From the human T2T-CHM13v2.0 reference genome, Homo sapiens: a stretch of DNA of 64,000 nt. Numbering within the stretch: the stretch's first letter is position 1; the number at the start of each line of letters is the position of its first letter. Made by a program: the position numbers and the translations under genes. This document shows positions 23,730-43,028 of the stretch, in pieces. The notes beneath the pieces are model-generated. The model searched no databases. It was not told where the DNA came from and saw only the letters and a list, made by a program, of their open reading frames with translations. The stretch is from NCBI RefSeq assembly GCF_009914755.1, contig NC_060932.1; one strand, given 5' to 3'.

Positions 23730-23762
23730 TGGAAACCATACTTCCACCCTCCTTCCTGTGGT
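23730..23762 (-). CDS. UBE2W: UBE2W 33-nt alternative cassette exon encoding TTGRRVEVWFP
   Basis: Minus strand CTTTCTTTGTATTTTCAG|ACCACAGGAAGGAGGGTGGAAGTATGGTTTCCA|GTAAGT: phase-0, 11 codons, strong splice sites. Matches the recalled isoform MASMQTTGRRVEVWFPKRLQ. Confidence 0.88.
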
Positions 23763-24064
23763 CTGAAAATACAAAGAAAGACCTCATGTAACACATGGTC
23801 ATAAAGGAAATCTATTTTTTCCATTGATAGCTAGTGCAGGGACTAGAAATCAGAAAAAAAAAAAAGACAAAAGCATCTAGTAGAGCTAGCTTAAAATGGG
23901 AAACATAGCATTAAAAGATAACTCACCAATTCCAAAGATCCAGGAAATGAAATAACCTGTTTTTATCATCCCTATTTTATATTTGGAGGTGGGAGGTTAC
24001 ACAGCTATTAAACAACAACACTAGAATTCAAACCCAAGGTTATCTGATTCCAAAAGCTGTGCTC

Positions 24065-24845
24065 ACTTATTCATTTATTCGACATTTACTGAACTCTCCT
24101 ACATGTCAGGCACTAGGTTACATCCAAGAAAATAGAAAATAAGCTAATTAATACATAGCCAAAGGTATGAAGAATTTATCAAGGTAAAGGAAATTATTAG
24201 CGCTGGGATGGGAGAGCTATTTTATATTGGGTAGTCAGGAAGGGCTCTCTTAAAAAAAAAATATTTGAACAAAGCTATGAGTGAAAAGAAAAAAAAAAAA
24301 AAAAAAGGAAGACATCCAGATCATCCAGATGTGTGAGAAGAGCATTCCAAATAGAGAAAACAACAAGCAGGAGTAGCAAGGAGGACAATAAGGCTACAGA
24401 GACATGAGTACCTGGGAGAGGTTAAGACCTCCTAGGCTATAACATGGATTTTGGATTATATTCTGAGGAAGAGAGGGAAGTCATAGTAGGATTATGAATG
24501 AAATGACATGACTTTTGTTTAGAAAGAATCTATTGGGAATCTAAAGAGATAAGTAAACGGATGAGGGCAGAAGTAGGAAAACCAGTATGACACTGCTAAT
24601 ATAATCCAGGCAAGAAATGAGGATGTCATCTGTATTTACATCAGGAATTCAGAAAATCAGTTGAATTCTGGATATATTTTGAAAGCAGAGCAGATAGAAA
24701 TTTGCTAATGGTTTGACTGTAGGGTGGAATGAACCCAAGGTTTCTGGCTGAGCAAATGGAATGAAGTTGCCTATATACCAACATGGGGAGTACTACAGAA
24801 AACAAGTTTGGGTAAGATAAATACAAAATGCAGTTTTATATGTTT
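24065..24845. mobile_element. L2 fragment
   Basis: ATTCATTTATTCGACATTTACTGAA...TTGAATTCTGGATATATTTTGAAAGCAGAGC...GGTTTCTGGCTGAGCAAATGG. Confidence 0.7.
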
Positions 24846-25268
24846 ATCTATCTGCTAATCTGTTTTTGTCTACCCACTACACTCCATAATGATTTCTGTG
24901 CAATATAGCTTTTTAAAAAGTAGTGAAACAGGACCTGAATTTGGGTCTTTTCATTACAGAGCCTGTGTTCTTTATCTCTAATGAAGTTTTACAAAAGCAG
25001 CTAAATGAAAGTAGAGTCTTTTCTTAGAATAAAACAACTCAAAAGCATGCGCTGTTTTTTGGTGATCCAAGAACTACATTCACAAATAAAGGCTTTCAAA
25101 TGAGGACACTTTAATACCTGACAAACATGAACAAGTATTTTGCAGATACTACTCATAATGAAGCAGACAGCAATAATATAAAGATGGAATAAAATTCATC
25201 TAACAAATGCTTAATTTAGGTAAATACTAAGGAGAACTATATTTTCAGAGAGATGCCAGATCATCCCT

Positions 25269-25530
25269 TTATTTTTTATTTTTATATATACTTTTTGAGA
25301 CAGGGTCTCACTCTGTCACCCACGCTGGAGTGCAGCGGCACTTTATTTTTTATTTTTATATAAATTTTTTGAGACAGGGTCTCACTCTGTCACCCATGCT
25401 GGAGTAGAGTGGCACAATCCTGGCTCACTGTAGCCTCGAACTCCCTGAGCTCAGGTGATCCTCCCACCTCAGCCCCCCAAGTAGCTGGGACCACAGGAAT
25501 GTGCTACCACACCCAGCTAATTTTTGTCCC
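25269..25530 (-). mobile_element. Alu right arm with ~73-bp tandem duplication of its tail end
   Basis: TTTATTTTTTATTTTTATATA..GAGACAGGGTCTCACTCTGTCACCCA(C/T)GCTGGAGT occurs twice. Confidence 0.85.
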
Positions 25531-26347
25531 ACGCTGGGATCATCCCACCTTAAAAACTCTCCTTGATAATGAAGATTATCTTTGAAGGCCAGGCGCGGTG
25601 GCCAGCCTTGAAGGATAATCTGATATTACTTTCTGCTTTAGATTTCCTGCTTCATTAAGGCAGGAAAAAATACTTTCCCTCTATCCCTTAAATGTGCACA
25701 CAGTGACTACCGTAAATATTTGTCCATTACTTAACACTTCAAAAAGCATTCCTAAATAGCTAATTCTGCATTAGTTTAATTCTATTTTAGGTCAGTCTAT
25801 TAAGCAGTTCTACAATAGTAAGGTTCAGTACCTATAAAGGAATAATTTAAAATTCATATTTATATAATATACCAAAAAAGTGGCTTATTTTCTTGCTGCA
25901 TGCGTTTGCCATAACTGTAATGTTCTTCATAGTATCTTCATATTCTTTATAAAAAAGGAAGTCAACTAACCTAATTTCATTCTAATAGAGACATAGCAGT
26001 AACTGCTGGTAAGTATGTACTTATTTGGAAAGTGACTTACTCAAAATTACACAGTAACTGAGTAGTGAAACTAAGCTCTGAAATCTGTTGATGCTGTGAA
26101 GGTGTAAGTAATGAACACAGTTTGGCATCACAGAGAAATCATTGGTGTAATTATGTAACTTTTCAGTCAAGAATTAAGCATTTACTAAACTACTTTATAG
26201 TTTTTATAGCTAAAGAAAAGAAGAAATATTCCTGAGTTTATAACACAAGGTTACTTTATGTATCATATTTTAAAAAGAAGTTCTCATGTGTATACTTGTG
26301 TACTGAGTAAAATTATAATTGTAAATTTTTACTGTTCAAAGATAATC

Positions 26348-27129
<782 letters not shown>

Positions 27130-27609
27130 TTAAAAGCTGTGAATAATCCAAAATAATGCATTATTTCTAAGTCTGAAAATAAGCACACATTCATACTTTA
27201 TCTCCTGTTATTAAATCTCAACCTCCTTCCATCCCTACAAATTGACAGTTAACAGTCTAAGACCCAGCTAGGTAAGAGAGGAAGTAAATGCAGAAATTTC
27301 ACAAGGGTAATTCAACTGACCATTTCTCTCAATTATATCACTGTTTTTAGAGTTGACAAACATCAACTACTATGCACTGACTTTCTAAGATCTTAAGACA
27401 CAACGTAACAGGAGGTTTTATCTAAAATTAACAATTCTAGAATGTCAAATTAGAAAATTAGACAGCATATATGTTAAAATTGCTAACTTACGAGAAGTCT
27501 GAATGAAGCAGTTAAATTCTAAAATCAGAAATTATATCCAGGAGGTCAAGTACTTCATAACATTAAATAATACATAGGAAAGAAAAAAGGTTATAAAATT
27601 TAAAAACAC

Positions 27610-27912
27610 GGCCGGGCGCGGTGGCTGACGCCTGTAATCCCAGCACTTTGGGAGGCCGAGGCGGGCGGATCACGAGGTCAGGAAATGGAGACCATCCTGG
27701 CTAACACAGTGAAACCCCGTCTCTACTAAAAATACAAAAAATAAGCCGGGCGAGGTGGCAGGCGCCTGTAGTCCCAGCTACGCGGGAGACTGAGGCAGGA
27801 GAACGGCATGAAGCCCGGGGATTGGAGCCTGCAGTGAGCCGAGATCGCACCACTGCACTCCAGCCTGGGCGACAGCGAGACTCTGTCTCAAAAAAATAAA
27901 ATAAAATAAAAT
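27610..27912 (+). mobile_element. AluY-type
   Basis: CpG-rich GGCCGGGCGCGGTGG, GATCACGAGGTC, ACCATCCTGGCTAACA; flanking repeat ATAAAATTTTAAAAA. Confidence 0.92.
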
Positions 27913-28240
27913 TTTAAAAAAGCATTTAACAACAACAACAAAAAATTCAATTTTAGGATTCACCTGAGAAAAGAATACCTCAATACTGCTACACTTTCAA
28001 AAATGTTTAGAATCACATAAAAATTCACTTCAATAAAAGAATGCTTCTGCAGTTTGGGGATAAAAGTTTCTACCAAATAATCAGTCCCTAAAACGCTAAA
28101 ACTAAAAATTTGCTACAAGAAACTTTTCATGTAATATTTAAAGATTTTTAGAATTACCAAAATTAAATGTAGATCTGTTTAACTCCTATCAATTTTAGGT
28201 ATCACCACAAATATAACATTCTCTTAATGATGGTTTCTTA

Positions 28241-28510
28241 AGACTGGGCACACAGGCTCACGCCTGTAATGCCAGGATTTGGGGAGGCCAAGGCAGGTGA
28301 CTGCTTGAGCCCAGGAGTTCCAGACCAGCCTGGGCAACATAGTGAAACCTGTCTCTACAAAATACAAAAACCTGTAGTCACAGCTACTCAGGAGGCTGAG
28401 ATGGAAAAGATCACTTGAGCCCAGGGAGGTTGAAACTGCAGCAAGCCGAGACAGCGCCACTGCACTCCAGCCTGGGTGACACAGTGAGACCCTGTCTCCA
28501 AAAAAGAAAA
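28241..28510 (+). mobile_element. AluJ-like
   Basis: Dimer with TSD GGTTTCTTAA. Confidence 0.9.
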
Positions 28511-29130
28511 GGTTTCTTAAAACATAATTTAACTGTAATCTTACTTGGTGATACATTACTTTTTTCTAGGAAGAAACAATAGGAAGGAAAAGAAAAAAAG
28601 AAAATGAGTAAAGAATGTCTCAAAGGGATCACATAAGTCTGAAAACCACTATCTTGAATTGTATATGGCAGAACTCTAGCAATATTAGGGAGTAGAGCGT
28701 CCCCAGCATTTACAGGTGTGCCAGAATATTGATCTCCCATCCCGGGAGTTTCATGAGGTGCTGCCTGCCAGGTGCTTCTAGCCTCCCAATCTCATCTACT
28801 TTAGTGTACTATTCAAAACTTACTTTCTATGTGGGCAGAACCTAAAAGATGGTTGAGACGCACTGACAGAATACATTAAAGCAGTTACTAGCTCAACTTT
28901 AAAATACATACTCTCCAATAAGAAATTCAAAGTCTACCCTTACTTGTTTTACTCATTATCAAGTAATGAAATCCCATGTTACATTTTAAAAGCTTTTTGG
29001 GTTAAGGACATGGTCATTCCATGTTACAGCTTATTTTTTCCTAATCGAAATCCCCAAATGATCAATTTCCTAGTCTTCTTCCATGCTTTTTCTCCACTGC
29101 ACTATCACCTTCTAATATAATAACACACTT

Positions 29131-29440
29131 GGCCGCGTGCAGTGGCTCACACCTGTAATCCTAGTACTTTGGGAGGCCGAGGCGAGTGGATCGCCTGAGG
29201 TCAGGAGTTCAAGACCAGCCTGGCCAACATGGCAAAACCCAGTCTCCACTAAAAACACAAAAAAAATTACCTGGGCGTGGTGGCCAGCGCCTGTAATCCC
29301 AGCTACTCAGGAGACTGAGTAGGAGAATTGCTAGAACCCTGGGAGCGGAGGTTGCAGTGAGCCAAGATGGCATCACTGCACTCCAGCCTGAGCAACACAG
29401 CGAGACTCCATCTCAACACAAAAAACAAGAACAAAACACA
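29131..29440 (+). mobile_element. AluS within an L2 3' fragment (~29050-29615)
   Basis: Alu dimer; flanking TCCATGAGGGCAG...TGAATAAA L2 end. Confidence 0.88.
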
Positions 29441-29982
29441 ATTAACTTAAATATGCTGTTCTTATCTGTCTCTTCTTATGAGACTATTTATTATTAAATC
29501 CATGAGGGCAGAAATCTTGTCTGCTTTTGTTCATTGCTATAACCACAGCAACTAGATAAGTGTCTGACACATAGAGGTCCCCCAAAAGATAACTGGCTCA
29601 GTGAATAAACAAAGTTGATAATTTTATTGAAGATTTATGTATAATCTAGTTGTCTTAAAAGAGCCAAATGTTGCCATTAAGATAGTCAGGATATAAATTC
29701 TGTATAACAAAGATACAGAATAACCACACAGAAAGTAGGGTTGTCTTTCAAAAAGCTTGACATATATATTAAAATATTCTTAAAGATACTACCAGCAAAT
29801 CTGCACTAGATATTTTAAAATACAAATAAAAAGGGAAAGACTTTTCAATAAAAATAGGAAGCATCCGTTTTCCATTCCTCTAACCAGAAAACACAGAAGA
29901 ATAGAGAGTGATAAGATTTCGATGGAACAAGGTGAAGGAAAAACTTAAAAGGGTGGTAAGAGTCTGAGATAGTAATACTTAG

Positions 29983-30413
<431 letters not shown>

Positions 30414-32167
30414 CTAAATCTAACGAGATGACACACTACGTTCTCTTGTCAAATACAAGTGTTGTGGATTTTAATCTTAATGTTTAGCCTCAAATAATGT
30501 TTTAATCTTAATACAGATAATAATCTTAAACTTGTCATAAAAAATGTTTTAATCTTAACACAGATAAAAATCTTTAAGTGGTAATGTAGCCTATTGCATC
30601 TACTGTTCAACTAGCATTCCACTGTTCCTTTTTTGGCCTCAAATGACGAAACTTCTCCAACGTCTCTGGGGAGACTAGTGTAAAGTATAATGTTTCCTGA
30701 AATTGTTCCTGTTTTTTCCCTGCACCATTCGTGATATCTCTTCAACTAGAAATGTTACATAAAACTTTTCTGTTCTGCAGGCAAGTCCAGAGGGAGAAGC
30801 AAGGTAAAGAGAATATTGTAAGGAAAACAGGTTGAAAGGGGAATAACATAAAAGCACAGGAGTAAATGTGAAGCAAAGCTATATTTGTACAAAAGAGGAA
30901 GAAGATGCAGAAAAGGGAAGAAAAACACTTTTAGCAGAGTAAAGAAAAAAAAATGGAGGAGGAACAGAGACTTGCTTCTTCCAGAAACAAAAGCAAAAAA
31001 CACTTCTAAGAAAATGTGGTCTCTTTACCCAAGGGGATATTATGAAAACGCTAAAGGGTACTCAGCTGACACTCCTATTGAGCGTTCTACTTTCTCTTCC
31101 AATGCCTTTGATACCGCTAGTCTTCACCTGTGAATTAAATGCAGGCTACAGATAACGCACTCAATCCCTGCACAACTACAATTGTGGTTGCCATCTTTGC
31201 CTGGAAACAAAAAACAAAAAACCCACAACTCCCTAGATTCGGGAAAAAGGAGTAAATTAAGTTGGAAAGCCAGAAAACCACGCCTTGCTAAGTCGGGGGG
31301 ATATGGCACAGGTTAACAAACGCCTCCTACCAAACTAAGGTTCCACTAAAGGTCTGGGAATAAGGGCAGAGATGTATAGCCTTATCGCGACCGCAAGGGT
31401 GGGGCCTTGCAGTGGGAAACAAAATAGAAGGCAAGCTATCCCGAGAGGTTTAAGGGGGCTGAGGACTCGGCTCTCGGGAGATCGCCCATCAGGCGGTGGA
31501 CACGGGGCAGCTTCGAGAGGAAGGAGACAGTGGACTGCTGGAGGAATGTCCGCGAGAATACCGAGGCTGATGGAAATAGAAGATACCCACGGGCACAGGA
31601 TTAAGAGTCAAAGGGAAGAAGAGAGGGACGGGGCCGAGCAGTCTGGGGGGCCCGGCGTGGGAGGCCGGAGCAGAGGCCGCTAAGCGCCGTCCGCAGCCAG
31701 CCGCCTTCTCCGGAGACGCATTCTCGGCTCCCGCACATTCAGCCCCCCGCCGCCCCTGCCCCGGCAACAACCGCGGGCGCAGCTGTTTCCGTCGGGCCAG
31801 GGACAGCGGGGGTAAAGGCAACCCTGGGGCTGGCGGGCAGCAGACTGGCAGCGCCCGTGTGTGTGTGCGGGGAGCCGATTCTGAGACCGCCAACGCCAGA
31901 CTTTGCCCTTTCTTCCCCAACCCTCCTTTATCACCCAACTTCCCGGCCGGCTGGTGTCCGCTTCGACCGACGGATACCGCACCCCCCACAACGCCTCTCG
32001 CCGCCTCTTACCCCTCCCCCGACGCCCTGAGCTGAGGGAAAACAGGCCACCCGGACCGATCCCGAACCCGCCCGGGTGTCCCCGAATCGCGGACGCCACC
32101 CCCGCCCGAACGCTGGCACTCTCTCGGCGGCTCCCTGGCCCGCCCAGATGCAGCAAACTCCTCTCAC

Positions 32168-32182
32168 CTGCATTGACGCCAT
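32168..32182 (-). CDS. UBE2W: UBE2W exon 1 coding part (MASMQ), N-terminal ubiquitin-conjugating E2
   Basis: Minus strand TCCATC-ATG-GCG-TCA-ATG-CAG|GTGAGAG: strong Kozak ATG at 32182 and a canonical donor, inside a CpG island. MASMQ is the recalled UBE2W N-terminus. Confidence 0.93.
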
Positions 32183-32269
32183 GATGGAACCATCCCCCCA
32201 AGACCGGCGAGGCCAGAGACGCAGGGGGAGGAGCTGCCGTGCTCGCGTCACGCCGCGGGGGCTCAACAT
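32168..32269 (-). CDS. UBE2W: UBE2W exon 1 with upstream in-frame ATG (MLSPRGVTRARQLLPLRLWPRRSWGDGSI-MASMQ, long isoform)
   Basis: ATG at 32269 is in frame (34 codons) to the donor at 32168. Matches the recalled N-terminally extended UBE2W isoform. Confidence 0.75.
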
Positions 32270-34086
32270 CCCGGGCGCGGGGGCGGCGTCTGCGATGGGA
32301 AGGGGATGGAGCGAGGGGATTGGCTGGCGCGCAGGGCGGACGGGAGGAGGGGCTACGGGGCGGGGCGAGGGCGCGGTAAATGGCGCTCTGAGTACTTTCT
32401 GTCTCAGTCCGGCTGGCCGCTCACGCGTCGGGCCCCCATTTACTCTCGTTACTGAGGAGACACGGCTCCAGTTTTGACCCGACTACGGTTGTTTTCTTCG
32501 TGTGTACCGCGAAATGCTGATGACGTCCGGTTCCGCGCAGTTTTTTTCCTATTTCGTTTCCAACCACAGTTGTGCGGTTCACAGATTTTTCCCTTGGGAT
32601 GTGTTTTCCATACCTCCAAGCCCACTCTCAGAGCCTTGGGGCCCCATAAAACTTCATGCGCAGCTGCTTTCTGGTATTTGCAGACCTGGAAGGCTTCTCG
32701 TATTCTTAATTTGGGGAAGAGAGACATAGGTTTCCTTGTACAACGGGATGAGGATTTAAGAGCAGAACGACACTGATATTTTAAAGGCGAGGGTATTTAG
32801 ATTTGTGGAGCTGAAACTTGCCTGGAAAGGGAGACAAAATTTGGAAGTTTGTTGTGTGCAGTTTCTGCCCCTTACCCCCGCCCTTCACTTTTAAACTGCG
32901 CATATATCAACAATAGTTACGGTTGTTGCAGCAGTCTAAATTTGATTATCAGAATTGACCCTAGGCATGAATTTTTTTTTAAATATACCAATGTCGTGTT
33001 ATATACACTTATACCATTATGTCCAGACTTCTCTTAAGCATAGTTCGTGGTGGGCAGTTTTGTGGTCATTTAGGGATGAACTTGGGTAGGGAAAGCTGAG
33101 CATACATAATTTATTTTAGGAATGCACCAGTTCTGCCAACATTTATCAGAAGTCACGTTTTTAAAAAGCTATTCTGGAACTGAAGATGTCATTGGTTTAT
33201 AAGAGGAAAATGGAAGCCAAAAGCTTACACCTCATGCTCTATCTTTAAAAATTAAGGTGGCAGACACAATGAGTAGAAGGCTTTTATGTTACCAGAATGA
33301 AGGCTTAAAATCTGTCATTTTATTGACTCGGCTTTCTTTTTAGAAATTTCTTTAAGATATAAAAGCAATGTGGAATATCACTCTTTCACACTCTTAAAAT
33401 AGATTACGTTCTCTGGAACTTCTCTAATCTGAAATGTGTTCAAAAAGGAAAAAGATCTTTAAAATACGCCAGTTAGTCTATGGTATAATATTAAACACTA
33501 TTCATCACTAGAGAAGTTATGGTGGTATACCCTCCCCTTTCTCAGATGTCCACCTTAATGCCAGAAATGAGCGGAGTTTCCCTTTGTTGTGCAAAATGAC
33601 TGTGTCCTTGAGGGATGTTTGGATGCTCTTGGTAAACCGGAATCAGCCAGAAGCATATCCGGTGTTAGCCTTGTTGTGTCATCAACATTACAACAGTGAG
33701 GAAACCCACATATTCCAATGAAAGAGGAAAACTTAAAGAAGAAGTTTCCAGTGTATTTTCTTTGAGATATATTTATTCCTATGACCTCAGAAGATCAGCT
33801 TTTACCGTCCAAGGTTCACTTTGCCTAAAAGCTGATTGTTCCTGTGGAAACAGTAGCATCGGATGACCCTACAAACAAAGCATTATGACATCATCAGAGC
33901 CAACAACCTGGCATGACAGATACTAATAAGGAAAAAAGAGGTTACAAGAATTCTGACACTCATCACAGTGGATCCAATATCTGGTCCCTTGGGTTTCATA
34001 TATGTTAGAAGTATCTTCTCAGGAGGGAAAAGTCAATGCCAGTCATATCCTTTCTAGGTAATACTAAATAGCACATAATAACCTGT

Positions 34087-34384
<298 letters not shown>

Positions 34385-34811
34385 ATTCTTTTGTTAATAT
34401 TTAATAAAAAGATCCTGACATAGGAGCCAAAACAGTGACTTACAGATGGTATGGGGGGTATATAATTATCTCCAGTGAGCATGTAATGTTAATATCTAAA
34501 ACACTATTATGCCATGTTTGAAGACTAGGCTCATATTTCTACAGAGCGAGGCTTACTATCATTACTATCAGATAGGCAAAAGTTAAAATGTCTGACAGGA
34601 TAATGCCAGTGCACTCCAGTCTAGGTGACAGAGCAAGACCCTGTTGTCTCAAAAAAAATATCTGACAATACCAAAAGTGAGAGAGGAAGTGGAGCTCTCA
34701 TAAACTCTATAGGAGTGACACTAGTGCAATCACTTTGGAAAATAGTTCGGCAATAATGAAGTTAAAGTTTCCCATATCCTTACTGGATCTTCTTAATAGC
34801 ATCATATGAGT

Positions 34812-35223
<412 letters not shown>

Positions 35224-35884
35224 TAACATTGTTTGGATCTAGATTCAAACAAACTGTAAAAGAGATATTTTTGAGACACCTGCAGAAAATTAAATATAGA
35301 GTAGATATTAGAGGATATTAAGGAATTATTATTTTTGTTAGATTTGATAATGATGTTCACTTTTTCATTTCCACAGCTATTAGAAATGTCCATCAGCTTA
35401 CGAGGAGATTCTCCCTCATCTCACAAACTACCTGCATCTCCACTTCCCTGGAAGAAAAAAAAAATCTGGACATACCCAAGCTGTGTATGTGCCTGAGATC
35501 TTCCCTTCCAAGGTAAAGAGAGAGCCTGAGACAGGTCTAAATTAGCATCTGGACTTTCTGCTAGTAAAGAAAAGGAAATATGGGAAACTAAATAGTAACA
35601 TTAAAGGACCCACAAAGGGACTACTGGGTAAGTGCTATAATGGATAATGTAATGTGATTTATGAATGCTTTTGTTCTAGTGATTTATTAAACTGGGAAGT
35701 CAGAAGCAGTCCTGTGAACATTTGTTTGTTGAAGCATGAAAAGGCAGAATTGATGAGTCCTTGCTTGAGTCTATGCCTCCACCCAGTAGTTTGTTCTTAG
35801 TCTCCTAGGGGCTGATCTCAGCAGAGAAATGGAGACAGTTCAGTCACCAACAGTTTGTTACTGGATTTTGGAAAAGGTACCAAA

Positions 35885-36020
35885 GTAAGAATCCAAGGCT
35901 TGTATTCTTATCTTAGCTCTGTGATTAACAAGCTTAGGTAAGGCTTCTAATCTTTCTGGGTTTCTTTCCTTATCAATAAAATGAGCAAGTCAGACTGCAT
36001 AATCTTTATGGTTTCTTCCA
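35885..36020. mobile_element. MIR fragment
   Basis: CTTAGCTCTGTGATTAAC...TCTTTCTGGGTTTCTTTCCTTATCAATAAAATGAG. Confidence 0.55.
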
Positions 36021-36817
36021 AATTTCAAATTCCATGCATCTATTAAAGAGAATCAAAATTGTGCATGATTTGTCTAAAATACCATGTTAAAAAGTCTAAG
36101 ATAAAATGAAATGGGAATTACATACCATTTTGAGTTTAAAAATCACTTTTGTAAATATATTAAGGAATGAACTTGGTTTTATTGCAATTTATGTAGAAAT
36201 ACTGGGAAGTAGAGGGGGCTTTGATTAACAATTTTAAAATGCTGATGCAATCCAGTCGAAATATAGATGGGATTTCATAAAGTAGCAAAAATTCTATATT
36301 CATAATTCAGAGTGATAACAAATGCATATCTATAAAGCAAAAGTGTGTTTTTAAAAGTAATTTTAAATCCCAGTCATTTCATTTAAGTCTTCTAATAAAG
36401 GATGAAGAAGATGAACAAAATAACAATGGTTTGTAAGTGTGACTTATTTTGAGTGTGACTTATTCTACGTGTCAAAAATAGTTGATTTATATACACATAT
36501 AGTTTGCAAAGAAAACTGTGAATCAGGAAAACTTTTACTTTATTCCCCATCTTTGCCCTTCTCTAGCAAGAGTTCTTTTACCCATGTCTGCAGCCCTTGA
36601 TATTCCCTGTTTATTTCTCACCTAAACCTCTTACCAAACATGTTCATAGCAAGCCGTTACTTGAAAAGACTGTGGTTCCTTTTTATTTATTTATTTTTGC
36701 CATGGATCTCATTAAAAATCAAATGAAAGCCATGGACCCACTCCACAGAAAAATACATATACCCATGAAAATTTGTATTTCAGGAAGCTTCCTGACCCTT
36801 AGAAGTTCATCCATCAG

Positions 36818-37888
<1,071 letters not shown>

Positions 37889-37910
37889 TCAATCTCTTGC
37901 CCTTCTAAAA

Positions 37911-37945
<35 letters not shown>

Positions 37946-38660
37946 GACATAATTTCATAACACTTGTTCTCTTCTTGTTCAGTTGTTTGTTTTCTGGTCT
38001 TCCTGAAAACCAAGATGCTGTGCGAAAAACCCTGGATTGGGAACCAGAAGAGTTGAGTGCTCATCCTGATCCTTCCCAGGAGTGATACTAAACTTGTTTA
38101 ACAACAGGTGTGGCAAAGGTGCCAACCATTCAGAACGAGGCTGCTTATTACTGGTGTGGGGTCCTGAAAAGTCTCTGCTGAGTGGGCTGGGTATCTTTAG
38201 TCAGACCATGGGGAATTCCAGGTTGCAGGGGCGATTGAGAGGCTATGGATAGGAGGTTCTTTGGGAGTCTGAGGCCAATAGCTATTTACTCACCACTGTA
38301 GAATGATTTCAATGATTTCTTTTTGGTGTGATGGAAATATCACACCAAATGAGTTGGTCGTTTAACTTCATTAAACTTTAGCTTCCTTATTTGTAAAGCG
38401 AGAACAAAATTTCCAACACATGGTTTATGGTGGGGTCTAAATAAGATCATGGATGTGAAGGATCTTTGTGAATTGCATAGCACCACATTGACGAGAAGCG
38501 ATATCTAGTTTTCCTTCCTCATTACTCAGTGCTCTTTGTCCAGTAAGCAGGTGCAATGTTGACTGGAGATAAGGAATAGGGTATATGACAGTGACTGAAA
38601 AATACCTCTGCCAATATTCTCAAATTTCATATCACTTGTGAACATAGAAGAGTCTGGGCA

Positions 38661-38952
<292 letters not shown>

Positions 38953-38954
38953 GA

Positions 38955-39168
38955 CCTCATAAAGACCCTCATAATTCCCACTGTGTGAGGCACAGCAGAA
39001 AGATAGCTGTTGATGAACCAGTAAGTGAGCCCTCATTAGACACTGAACCTTTCAGTGCCTTGATCTTAAATTTGCCAGCCTCTAGAACTGTGAGAAATAA
39101 GTTTCTGTTGTTTATAGGCTGCCTAGTTGATGGTATTTTGTTATAACAGCTCGAATGGACTGAGACAC
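38955..39168 (+). mobile_element. MLT1/MST MaLR LTR 3' half
   Basis: GCCTTGATCTT...CCAGCCTCTAGAACTGTGAGAAATAAGTTTCTGTTG...GGACTGAGACA. Confidence 0.78.
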
Positions 39169-39219
39169 TTTGAACGGAGCTTGCTATCGACAAAATTTCA
39201 AGGTTGGAGCCAGAGCAGT

Positions 39220-43025
<3,806 letters not shown>

Positions 43026-43028
43026 ACA

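Larger units (their letters stand above)
31380..32620. promoter_or_regulatory. CpG island / UBE2W promoter (likely bidirectional)
   Basis: Very high GC and CpG density against an AT-rich background. ATTGG (CCAAT box) 32319-32323, GC box GGGGCGGGGC 32357-32366, YY1-like AAATGGCG 32378-32385, CRE-like TGATGACGTC 32518-32527. Confidence 0.92.

Noticed and set aside
30468-30576. Degenerate TTTTAATCTTAA repeats
   Set aside because: AT-rich low-complexity slippage with no further structure.
31372-32776. Overlapping 90-170 aa GC-rich ORFs
   Set aside because: They reflect stop-codon scarcity in the CpG island. Only the 32269/32182-to-32168 spliced frame is supported.
33546-34057. Possible decayed coding exon (one frame with several TGA stops that could be CGA decay)
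   Set aside because: About 7 stops in ~170 codons is close to chance, and I recognise no protein. Kept only as a non-coding exon candidate.
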